This document shows positions 56,390 through 64,000 of a stretch of DNA of 64,000 nt, in pieces. Origin of the DNA: a virus. Its lineage: Duplodnaviria; Caudoviricetes. The stretch spans positions 1,687 to 65,686 of the IMG/VR virus record IMGVR_UViG_3300044712_001597; one strand, written 5' to 3'. The position numbers and the translations under genes were made by a program. The notes under the pieces are model-generated. The model had not been told where the DNA came from, ran no database searches, and saw only the letters and a list, made by a program, of their open reading frames with translations. Position 1 is the stretch's first letter, and every line of letters begins with the position of its first letter.

Positions 56390-56558
56390 CGTCGATTTCT
56401 TGGTCGTTAGCTTCTTGGAATAACGTAAGAATGTGCCACTGTAAAATGCCAATGACTTCAACGTAGGTTAAGTTGAGCTCGTCACGAGCGTAGTCCACAG
56501 CGCCTTGAACTCGGTCGCTGACGATCCTCATTTGCTGTTCGCGGTCCACGGTGCTCAA
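56373..56558 (-). CDS. Hypothetical protein
   Basis: Overlap coupling; LTYVEVIGIL. Confidence 0.55.
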   Translation of the reverse strand: MSTVDREQQMRIVSDRVQGAVDYARDELNLTYVEVIGILQWHILTLFQEANDQEIDDEPSD

Positions 56559-58537
56559 TCTGATGTGACGTCCATGAACTCAAGCTCGTCCACGATTCCA
56601 TGGCGCGCAGCAGAAGCAGGAGCGATCCTGCGTTTGATGGGATTCTCCACAAGAAGACCGGAGATTCCCACGTTCATACGGATGCCGTGGACTCCAACGA
56701 GCAGCGAATCGAAATGGTCTGGCGATTCGCCGTTATGGCGCTTCTTGAAGTCTTTCTTGGACTCCAATCGAAGTATCCCTCGACCTTGTTGCTGGTAGTG
56801 ACGGGTTGTGCTCTGCTTTTCGAGTTTGTTCCAGTTGATGCCGGGATTGAGTTTGAGTAGATCAGCTTCGATGAACTTGCGCACGGCCCACGCCATCTCG
56901 GTGATGATGTCGTAATATCTCTCAGCGCAGGTCTCTTCGTCATCGTCAAGAATCTTGGAGTCTGTCGCGCTCCAACTGAACATGATGCCAAACACTTCGG
57001 GCCCAAACAAACTCTTGAGAGCGTCGTGGATTCCTGTGGCGTTACCCGTGCGGTCCGTGGAGAGCCACTGCGGCTTGACACCCATGTCGCGGCAGAGACG
57101 CCGAATGGACTCGGCAGCTGGAATCGTGTCTTTCTTCTCAAGCGGAAGCTGCTGCTCTACTTGGATGACACGGCGCTCGGTGGCGAATGGGTGGAATACT
57201 CCATTGAGATCCGTCCAACCAGTTGAGTTTCCTGTTCGCAGCAGCGTGAAGATCATGGAGTCATTGCCTTCGAAGGCAGGATCCAACCCAGCAGCGGTGA
57301 TGGTAGGACCGCTGAACACGTAAAGTCCTTTTGATCGAGCGAACGACGCCGTTGAGACGATGACGATCTGAGCAGACTGCTCGGGAAACCAACCGCGGGC
57401 CATCGTATAGTATTCGGGATTGTCGAGTCCCAGCTTGAGCAGCCGCTCGAATCCTTCCCACGTTTGAAGACCTGGAAAGACGACTCTTTTCTGGTCGACA
57501 TTCTCGCACTTCGCTCCGTCTAATCGAACGACGTTCCAACCAGAAGCAGCTTCCCAAGTCTCGTGGATGTCGATGTCGACAGAACCCCATCCGCCTTTCG
57601 GCTCTGCAAGTTGACCAAACTTGCTGTTACGATCCTTCGGGTTGGTTGCGGCGAAGACTCCGACATGCGAGTCAGTAGACTCCTCAGTCAACAGAACGTT
57701 GTTGACATCTTCCCAGACTCCTTCAGGAATTTCCTCTGCTTCGTCGAGGAGCAGGAACACGCGACTAAGCTTTCCAAAGCGTGCGTGCTCAACTGGACGT
57801 GGGACGGGGTGAAACCCTCGCAGTCGTCCTTTGCCTGTGTCGCCCTGAGGAATCGAGGCCAAATGGATTCCTTGCTTCTCATCCTCGTTGACTTTGATGG
57901 ACTCCGACTTGACGTCCAGATTGGGAATGGGCACGATCGTGGACTGCAGCAGACTCTTGAGGTGAGCGAAGATGTTGGTGACCGCGTGTGAGCGAGTAAC
58001 TGACATCACTTTGATGCAAGTCCATTCAGGATCCCGCATGAACTCGAGGCCGAAGTAGACGGCACCGGAGTAGCTCTTAGAGAGTGATCCGCCACCCATG
58101 ACGAGATTCTTCGCATGCGCTTTGAGAGCGTTCCACACCAACTGCGTGCAATGCGGTTCTGGTGTAAACAACTCAGGTCCCCACGCGATGAGGGCTGCGG
58201 CTTCATAGCACTCGACCTCTAACATGCGCTGAATGTAACGCCACACAAGAAACTCGGCGTCTTGGAAAGTCAACTCAATTTCGCCGCCTTCTGGACGTCT
58301 CTTCGTGTAGTGGCGGATGATGTGCTCGGCGACGTCGAAGACTGCTTCCTGCTTGTCAAGGTTCGCAGAGTAGATGCGGCGCAGAACATGTGCTCGCTCA
58401 CAATACTCACGAGAAGTCAAGACCATTCCTGCTTGCCGCTGCTGGTCGAGGGTGAGTACTTTATCAGGGGTGACGGATCCGCGCACGCCTGTGCGATTGT
58501 AGTGCAATTGCCGACCTTTATTCGCGCGCCAGGCCAT
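56555..58537 (-). CDS. terL: Terminase large subunit
   Basis: GGGSLSKS Walker A variant, LLLDEAE Walker B, ATNP, GLDPAFEGND nuclease, SPDHFDS. Confidence 0.9.
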   Translation of the reverse strand: MAWRANKGRQLHYNRTGVRGSVTPDKVLTLDQQRQAGMVLTSREYCERAHVLRRIYSANLDKQEAVFDVAEHIIRHYTKRRPEGGEIELTFQDAEFLVWRYIQRMLEVECYEAAALIAWGPELFTPEPHCTQLVWNALKAHAKNLVMGGGSLSKSYSGAVYFGLEFMRDPEWTCIKVMSVTRSHAVTNIFAHLKSLLQSTIVPIPNLDVKSESIKVNEDEKQGIHLASIPQGDTGKGRLRGFHPVPRPVEHARFGKLSRVFLLLDEAEEIPEGVWEDVNNVLLTEESTDSHVGVFAATNPKDRNSKFGQLAEPKGGWGSVDIDIHETWEAASGWNVVRLDGAKCENVDQKRVVFPGLQTWEGFERLLKLGLDNPEYYTMARGWFPEQSAQIVIVSTASFARSKGLYVFSGPTITAAGLDPAFEGNDSMIFTLLRTGNSTGWTDLNGVFHPFATERRVIQVEQQLPLEKKDTIPAAESIRRLCRDMGVKPQWLSTDRTGNATGIHDALKSLFGPEVFGIMFSWSATDSKILDDDEETCAERYYDIITEMAWAVRKFIEADLLKLNPGINWNKLEKQSTTRHYQQQGRGILRLESKKDFKKRHNGESPDHFDSLLVGVHGIRMNVGISGLLVENPIKRRIAPASAARHGIVDELEFMDVTSD

Positions 58538-58552
58538 GAGGATTGTTTGAGA

Positions 58553-59053
58553 CTAGTCCAGGGATTGAGCAAGATCGACGACTCTTGGAGAGACGTTGAC
58601 GTCCACGCGCTCTGTGAGCTCACCAGCGAGTTTCGCGTCCAATTGAAGAGCGGCGAGTTTATCCACGCTCTTGACGACGTCTCCATGCGGAGTAGGACGA
58701 ATCTCCGAAGCTAAGTCAGAATGGATGTGGATTTCGCCGATGGGAGTTCGTACGGCTCGGGCGAGGAAGTCGCGTTTTTCGTCCAAGCTCAAGAAGCGAT
58801 CACTCTGTGAGCGAGCAGCGAGTCGTGCTTTGAGCTCAGCGACATAAGCTTGGACTTCCGGCTTGCGGATGAGCTTAGTGGCTCGATTGGCCGCCATTCC
58901 GCCTCGAGCTTTCTCGCTGGCCACGTTCCATGACGCGCAGTGCTGTGGAAAAGCTGCGAGATACGCACGATAGAGCGGATAACCATCGAGAACGTGCATG
59001 TCCACGAATTCTCGTTGCTGCAGAGTCAAACGTTGTGCGGCGCGGGATAGCAT
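58553..59053 (-). CDS. terS: Terminase small subunit
   Basis: LTLQQREFV...AY..A...ATKLIRKPEVQAYV; DKLAALQLDAKLAGE. Confidence 0.8.
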   Translation of the reverse strand: MLSRAAQRLTLQQREFVDMHVLDGYPLYRAYLAAFPQHCASWNVASEKARGGMAANRATKLIRKPEVQAYVAELKARLAARSQSDRFLSLDEKRDFLARAVRTPIGEIHIHSDLASEIRPTPHGDVVKSVDKLAALQLDAKLAGELTERVDVNVSPRVVDLAQSLD

Positions 59054-59095
59054 AACGCCGGCAAGATACAACTCGCGAAGCCTGCAAGTAAAACA
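59054..59095 (-). promoter_or_regulatory. Promoter for the packaging operon
   Basis: Minus strand reads TTTACT-18nt-TATCTT-9nt-ATG. Confidence 0.55.
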
Positions 59096-59098
59096 GAC

Positions 59099-59578
59099 TT
59101 ATCTGCCGAGAAGGTGCGAGGCCATCGCGATCAACGGCGCGTCGCAAGTCATGTTGGTCCACTTCCAGTCTGGCCAGTATTCTTGAGCGAGAGCTTTGAG
59201 TTGTTTCTTTCGAATCGCTCTATCTCTACTCCGAGCAGAACGAGGTAGAACTCGGTTCATCCAGTATTCTGGAGGAGGTTGATAAAAACTGAGAGTAGGT
59301 TTCTCAATCAGCTGGTACATCAAGATGGCTCCGCGAATCAACGCGTAGTTCTCGTGCAGAACGGACATGATGGCCGCGGATCGATTTTCGCCAGCAAACT
59401 TGGGGATCAACTCCATATACACTCTATCGCAAGCAGAGCATACCTCTCGGCAGACGCGCACAATCTCTGAGTCCGTTTCAGGCATCTTCCAGCCAGAAGT
59501 CACGCGGTACGCTCCATTCTCTACTGAGAGCATGACGATTCCGCCTCCTTTTCCTGGATCTACCCCGCAGATGTTCAT
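59099..59578 (-). CDS. RuvC-like Holliday junction resolvase
   Basis: GVDPGKGGG, YME, P..W, CDAPLIA. Confidence 0.85.
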   Translation of the reverse strand: MNICGVDPGKGGGIVMLSVENGAYRVTSGWKMPETDSEIVRVCREVCSACDRVYMELIPKFAGENRSAAIMSVLHENYALIRGAILMYQLIEKPTLSFYQPPPEYWMNRVLPRSARSRDRAIRKKQLKALAQEYWPDWKWTNMTCDAPLIAMASHLLGR

Positions 59579-59740
59579 GTTTCGGACACTATCTTACTTC
59601 GCAGTAAACCAGCACTCAAAATTACTTAGCAGAAAAATAGTTTGTAACATAGGATGTGCACGGACTAAACTTATGTGGGAGTTTTTAGAAATATAGGCTG
59701 AATAGGGGGGTTGAGTAGTGTGAGCCCCCCTGTTCTGACC

Positions 59741-60589
59741 ATGTTTCGAAAAACCGCCAATGAAGTTTGGTCAACTCACATCGCTATGTTACAAAAAACC
59801 AGAAAACTCAACTTGAAGCCCGTATCTGACCCTGTTCCAGGGACTTATACACTTCTTCCAGAAAATACACAACCCGGCGAGCTCGTAGAAACTGCGTCCG
59901 AGGAGTACGAAAAGGCCTGCCAATTGGAATCCGATGCCCTCGAAAGGCTCAATTTGGCCAAGCAATCGCTGGTCGCCTTGCGAGCGGAACACACCCGCCA
60001 AAAGGCCAATTTGGCCCAAAAAATCGCAGACGAGACACAGAAAGCCAACGTTTTCGTGCTCGAGTGCCGTGAAAACTTCCTCCGATTTCAGAAACTTCGG
60101 GGCAAACTGCGCCGTCAAATTGGTGATAAAACCATCGCGCAGGAGGTCGCTTTGGCCAACCGGTTGAGCCGAAATGACAAACTTCATGCCATTCGCATCG
60201 ACCTTATTGACGTCAAAGCTCATTTGCGGCAAATCAAGGCTCTTTCGCGCCGTGGAGTGTCGCTTTCCAACGATCCTCGTCTTGAAGAATATCTTCCTCA
60301 TCGACTCAAGGGAGAGTCCATTCCTAATCTCTTGACCCGATTGTTCCGCCACTTCGAGAAGAAGCTTCTTGAGCTGGAGCGAGAGTACGTGCGGGCGAAA
60401 GCCGGGCCGATCTACAAAGAGTCGGCCGCGAGAGACATCTTCCCTGCGAAGCCTTCTAAAGCAGTTGAAGAACCTTCTCCCGCGCATAGCCACTTCGACG
60501 CTGAGGAAGTTGCGAAGCAGCTGCGCAAACACAAGGCTCCCAAGATTGACGACCTGCCCGTGAAGCTGACCATCTCAAAGAAAAAATAA
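59741..60589 (+). CDS. Hypothetical basic coiled-coil protein
   Basis: First gene of the + arm; start uncertain. Confidence 0.6.
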   Translation: MFRKTANEVWSTHIAMLQKTRKLNLKPVSDPVPGTYTLLPENTQPGELVETASEEYEKACQLESDALERLNLAKQSLVALRAEHTRQKANLAQKIADETQKANVFVLECRENFLRFQKLRGKLRRQIGDKTIAQEVALANRLSRNDKLHAIRIDLIDVKAHLRQIKALSRRGVSLSNDPRLEEYLPHRLKGESIPNLLTRLFRHFEKKLLELEREYVRAKAGPIYKESAARDIFPAKPSKAVEEPSPAHSHFDAEEVAKQLRKHKAPKIDDLPVKLTISKKK

Positions 60590-60636
60590 TTTTTTTGTGT
60601 ACATGGCAGCTTGCTACGGATATAGATCTACTCGTC
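60590..60636 (+). promoter_or_regulatory. Phage promoter (copy 5)
   Basis: TTTTTTTG-TGTACA-17nt-TATAGA-TCTACTCGTC-ATGAGC. Confidence 0.7.
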
Positions 60637-60996
60637 ATGAGCAAACCATCTACTTCTCACGTGGAAGGATTCTTTCGCGGCGCAAGCCCGAGAATCGGAA
60701 CCATCAAGCAGGATTATCACGCGGCGATCCTCACCGGTTTGGGATTCTCTTCTCGAGCCATCGCCGAGAGGTTGTCCATTCCAAAGTCCCGAGTCACGCG
60801 TATCTCTTCCATCGTTGGAATCTCTTGCCGAGGCTACCGCGACATGCTGTCTCCTGCGAGTGCGTCCATTGCGAATATGGCCCTCAAAACCCGAGTGACG
60901 GAGCTGCAGGTTGAGAAATTCACTGGCCATGTCATCTCCCGTTTGCTGGGCGCTCGACTCTCCCCGGACGGTCTCACCCTCTACAAGCCATATTGA
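60637..60996 (+). CDS. HTH DNA-binding protein
   Basis: GFSSRAIAERLSIPKSRV. Confidence 0.65.
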   Translation: MSKPSTSHVEGFFRGASPRIGTIKQDYHAAILTGLGFSSRAIAERLSIPKSRVTRISSIVGISCRGYRDMLSPASASIANMALKTRVTELQVEKFTGHVISRLLGARLSPDGLTLYKPY

Positions 60997-61107
60997 AACT
61001 TGACAAAAACTTTCAGTGAGCGCGAATAAACTTACAAACCGGAGCGCACTCGTCGTGGGCTCGCAATGCCGAGGGTCGGCGAGCATCTGGCCCTGCACCC
61101 CTTCTCA

Positions 61108-61163
61108 GGGGTCGACTGAAGAGCGAAAGCGAAACGCCAAACGGCGTCTCGTGGAGTGGACCC
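61108..61163 (+). ncRNA. Hammerhead ribozyme (type I)
   Basis: CGA-CUGAAGA-GC GAAA GC-GAAA-CGCC AAAC GGCG-UC-UCG: full conserved core, GUC triplet, predicted cleavage after 61148. Confidence 0.85.
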
Positions 61164-61263
61164 AGCAGGGGAATAACCTGTCCACCCGCCCTCGGCACCT
61201 TGCCCCGCGACGAGTGCGCTTCTTAAGTTCATTCCGCGTTCCCACCCTCTACAAACCGTAATC

Positions 61264-61707
61264 ATGATTGGCGAAGATTTCTTACCTCTACCGGACTCCT
61301 TTGAAAAAGTCCTGACGCCTGAGAACCGAGTTCCTCTCGAGTTTCTTCCAGCTCATTGGCTTTTCATCGTCTTGACTAACGCATCTCGCAATGAGTACGC
61401 GTTCACCTACGGCGGTGAGCTTCATGTCAACTGGGAGAGTTCATATATCCATCACTTCTCTTCCACGAGCACAGGAATTCCTCCAACCTGCATCCAGATT
61501 GAGTGTCCTAATGGTCAAGTGATCGCCGTCAAGATTACTAGCATGCGGGAAAAGAAAGTCACGCCTGTTCAATCCTCGAAGCCTAAGACGACAAAATCTC
61601 CGGCTCCGTCATCCCACTTTGCTCAAGCTGCGCGCGCGGAAGCAGCCGAGCAATCCACAGAAACTCCGCGCAAGAAACTCACTCTCCGCCTCAAGCGAGA
61701 CGGATAG
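61264..61707 (+). CDS. Hypothetical protein
   Basis: ORF directly after the ribozyme element. Confidence 0.55.
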   Translation: MIGEDFLPLPDSFEKVLTPENRVPLEFLPAHWLFIVLTNASRNEYAFTYGGELHVNWESSYIHHFSSTSTGIPPTCIQIECPNGQVIAVKITSMREKKVTPVQSSKPKTTKSPAPSSHFAQAARAEAAEQSTETPRKKLTLRLKRDG

Positions 61708-61733
61708 CAAGAAAGGAAACTCGTACACATACC

Positions 61734-62093
61734 ATGTACCCCGACGAAAACACACCTGCAGCCTCCAAGGTTGCCAAGCCCAAGAAACCCACCAAGAAGG
61801 TGGCCGAGAAGAAAGCGGTCGAGAAAAAGACCGCCGACGTCGCTGCCGAGAAAAAGCAGAAACGCGCCTCTGCGGAGAAGTTGCCCTACAACTTCCGCAC
61901 CCGCTCGCTGGCCCGCGCTCTCATCAACGCCGTGGACGGCGAAGACGAGAAAAAGGAAGCCCGCAAGGCGCTGAAGGAAGCTCGCACGTTCGAGGAGACT
62001 CGCACGGCCGCTCTCACTCTCGTCAGCAAGGCTGACTTCGAAGCCCTGGTGGAAGCCTGGTTCGACGCAGGCGAGGAGAAGTCCAAAGACTAA
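61734..62093 (+). CDS. Lys/Ala-rich putative nucleic-acid-binding protein
   Basis: Histone-H1-like N-terminus; biased codon usage. Confidence 0.65.
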   Translation: MYPDENTPAASKVAKPKKPTKKVAEKKAVEKKTADVAAEKKQKRASAEKLPYNFRTRSLARALINAVDGEDEKKEARKALKEARTFEETRTAALTLVSKADFEALVEAWFDAGEEKSKD

Positions 62094-62097
62094 CCTC

Positions 62098-62185
62098 GAC
62101 TCTGAGAATCTGGAGTTTGGGCGCTTCGAGACCACGTGCGCAAAGCGGCACTTCAATCGCCGCGCTCAAACTCCTTCTCAAGTCT
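62098..62185 (+). other. Long intergenic hairpin
   Basis: TGAGAA/TTCTCA and GGAGTTTGGGCGC/GCGCTCAAACTCC arms. Confidence 0.7.
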
Positions 62186-62200
62186 CAACTCTTTCTTCTC

Positions 62201-62416
62201 ATGGCTCGACGAAAAGGCTACATGTCTCCGGCTGCTCGAAAAGCAGAAATCGCTCGGATCCGCAAGATCCTTTCTTCCTCTACCCTTCGCTTCACAGCAA
62301 AAGAAATCGCCAGTCTCAAAGGACGTCTCGGCGGTCTCCTTGGAAAAGGCAAACCCTCCCGCGTGTATGCCGGAAAACGCGGAGCCGAAGTCAAATACGG
62401 CAAAAAATACTTATGA
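62201..62416 (+). CDS. Small basic protein
   Basis: MARRKG...; GRLGG..G..AGKRGA motif. Confidence 0.55.
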   Translation: MARRKGYMSPAARKAEIARIRKILSSSTLRFTAKEIASLKGRLGGLLGKGKPSRVYAGKRGAEVKYGKKYL

Positions 62417-62694
62417 GCCTTTGCGTTGAACTCACGATCCCAGAAGGTTCATTTTACGTCAAACCTTCGGAGTGCCATTTCAAGTTCTCGTTCTACGACC
62501 AAGGTATTGGAGCCTACCAGTACGGCAGCCAACTCTGCTACGACCGTGATATCGTTCCGCTGTTGGAGGAGCTGGTGATTCCCGTGGCGTACGACGAAAA
62601 TGACGAACCTGTGCGAGACCCCGCGATTCTTGCGAAGTTGGTTGACGCGGCGTACAAGAAACCAATAGACTGGAAACCCTCTGAAGACTTATGA
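62413..62694 (+). CDS. Hypothetical protein
   Basis: DQGIGAYQYG motif; ATGA coupling. Confidence 0.6.
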   Translation: MSLCVELTIPEGSFYVKPSECHFKFSFYDQGIGAYQYGSQLCYDRDIVPLLEELVIPVAYDENDEPVRDPAILAKLVDAAYKKPIDWKPSEDL

Positions 62695-62858
62695 AAGATA
62701 TCCTCGCGCACTTGCTCATCCTTCTCGCTGTCGTGATTTTTAGTCTACTTTCGTGGGTGTTCTTTTCCTGCATGGAAGCGGCCGCGTATAACCGTATCAC
62801 AAACTCCAGCGTCACCACGTGGGACGCTATGTGGGTCGAGCTTAGAGTCACACCATGA
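62691..62858 (+). CDS. Small membrane protein
   Basis: 55-aa ORF with TM helix and TTWDAMWVEL; ATGA overlaps on both sides. Confidence 0.55.
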   Translation: MKDILAHLLILLAVVIFSLLSWVFFSCMEAAAYNRITNSSVTTWDAMWVELRVTP

Positions 62859-63475
62859 CATTCCACAATCCCGATAACCTGCGTCCTGAACAAGTTGATC
62901 CCGACAACGAAGGCTGGCGGCTTCTGACTGTCGAAGAACTCGACAATCCACCGGAAGACACGGAATACTGGGCGGGGGCACAAACAGCCCCGCAGTGGTC
63001 ACCAAACCAAGAACGAGCCAAGATCAAGTCTCGGGCTATTACCTATCGCACTAAGGCTCTATTTCCGCGAAAGTCCCAAAGTGAAATCCGAGAAGACGGC
63101 AAGAACGTAGTAGAGCATTTGAAGGTCGCATTGACGAAGGATTGTCCACCCTCAACCCCGGTTTCTGCTGACGACGGTCCAGGCGAGGAAGACGGTCCTT
63201 GGGCAGAAGGATGGAATGAGCGAGCGGCTAAGTCGCCGGACATTCAAATCACCCCGCCTCTTAACGACGGCGGCCCTGCGTTTCCGCAGCCCGACACCTA
63301 CCCCCCAAACGACCAAGTGCAACACGGCTCCCCCGGTATGTCCCTGCGGGACTACTTTGCGGGGCAAGCGTTGATCCGACTGATTTCAAGTGCTACCGAC
63401 GCATCCGCCGTGGCTACACACGCGTATGCCATAGCAGACGCAATGCTCGAAGCCCGGAAAGGCGGTGCGAAGTGA
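62855..63475 (+). CDS. Phage hypothetical protein
   Basis: DGGPAFP...GMSLRDYFAGQAL...AYAIADAML, a common phage domain. Confidence 0.75.
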   Translation: MTFHNPDNLRPEQVDPDNEGWRLLTVEELDNPPEDTEYWAGAQTAPQWSPNQERAKIKSRAITYRTKALFPRKSQSEIREDGKNVVEHLKVALTKDCPPSTPVSADDGPGEEDGPWAEGWNERAAKSPDIQITPPLNDGGPAFPQPDTYPPNDQVQHGSPGMSLRDYFAGQALIRLISSATDASAVATHAYAIADAMLEARKGGAK

Positions 63476-63825
63476 ACCGCGACGAACAACTCCAACGCAT
63501 CCGCGCCCGCTGCGTCGAGCTTCTAGCAATCGCTGAGAAGCGGACGCCGGGGGAGTGGGCTTACTATCCACAAAATAGCGGATTCCCTACGGTATTTGGT
63601 GACAAACTGATGCTTATCTCTCCCGTGGCGCGAGTGACCAACAGTGACGCCACCTTCATCGCCGCCTGCGCTGGCCCCGCCGAAGCCGGATGGAAAGCGA
63701 CGATTGCGGCGATTGATGGGTTGCTTCATTACTCTGAAACAGAGTCACTAATTCATGGCGATGGCGGTGCAGCGGCGGATGCCGCAATCGACGCCATCCT
63801 CGCCACATGGGAGGGGCTGGTATGA
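63472..63825 (+). CDS. Ead/Ea22-like protein
   Basis: AEKRTPGEW...DATFIAA. Confidence 0.65.
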   Translation: MNRDEQLQRIRARCVELLAIAEKRTPGEWAYYPQNSGFPTVFGDKLMLISPVARVTNSDATFIAACAGPAEAGWKATIAAIDGLLHYSETESLIHGDGGAAADAAIDAILATWEGLV

Positions 63826-64000
63826 CAATCACTCTCCATCTCGGCTCATGGTTGGTTCCAGCCTCCCTATCTATTTTCGCTGCCGTCATGCTGTTGTGGG
63901 CGTATGCTGTCGATAGACGAGCGAGCGGATATACGCAGGGGATTCTTTGCTTTATCGCCCTGTGCATCTGCCTTCCTTTAGCTGTAGTAGCGTGGGTTGT
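63822..64000 (+). CDS. Membrane protein, 3' truncated
   Basis: ATGA overlap; hydrophobic; runs off the window. Confidence 0.45.
   Translation, partial: MTITLHLGSWLVPASLSIFAAVMLLWAYAVDRRASGYTQGILCFIALCICLPLAVVAWV

Larger units (their letters stand above)
1..64000. mobile_element. Tailed dsDNA bacteriophage (podovirus-like), near-complete genome segment
   Basis: Contains terminase, portal, scaffold, capsid, tail/ejection, lysis and replication genes in two oppositely oriented arms; no host housekeeping genes seen. Confidence 0.95.

Noticed and set aside
61000-61032. TTGACA...TAAACT as a sigma70 promoter for the ribozyme RNA
   Set aside because: The spacer is 21 nt, too long to call with confidence.
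61016-61261. 81-aa ORF across the ribozyme
   Set aside because: The region is better explained by extensive RNA base pairing and a ribozyme core; the translation has no protein-like features.
1-64000. Alternative genetic code or diversity-generating retroelement
   Set aside because: Genes are full length under the standard code, and no reverse transcriptase or TR/VR pair was seen.

Overview
This 64 kb window looks like most or all of a tailed dsDNA bacteriophage genome with podovirus-like architecture. No integrase, repressor, tape measure, sheath, rRNA, tRNA or CRISPR array was seen. The + strand arm (about 59.7 kb to the end, continuing 1-21.5 kb) carries small early genes, an SF2 helicase, HNH, ThyX, dCMP deaminase, a Cas4-like exonuclease, an acyl carrier protein, an SSB-like protein, a family A DNA polymerase and a primase-helicase. 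It also carries a probable cytosine-modification cluster (NUDIX, dNMP kinase, Asp-type thymidylate-synthase homolog, BGT-like glycosyltransferase) and a DUF932/AAA/DUF2786 island. The - strand arm (59.6 to 21.5 kb) runs RuvC, terminase, portal, scaffold, two glycosyltransferases, major capsid, fibre, lysis genes, tail and ejection proteins, ending in a 3450-aa polyvalent protein. The most unusual features are: (1) a perfect hammerhead ribozyme core in a long rod-like RNA bounded by direct repeats (about 61.0-61.25 kb); (2) integron attC-like hairpins that delimit small phage genes, with no integrase in the window (2.6-3.8 kb); (3) a giant protein whose ART-like and other modules are separated by a repeated FMP motif downstream of an HExxH peptidase; (4) a recurrent promoter placed 9-10 nt before start codons; (5) a pseudoknot and several large intergenic hairpins. 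All protein calls come from motif recognition by eye; no database search was run.
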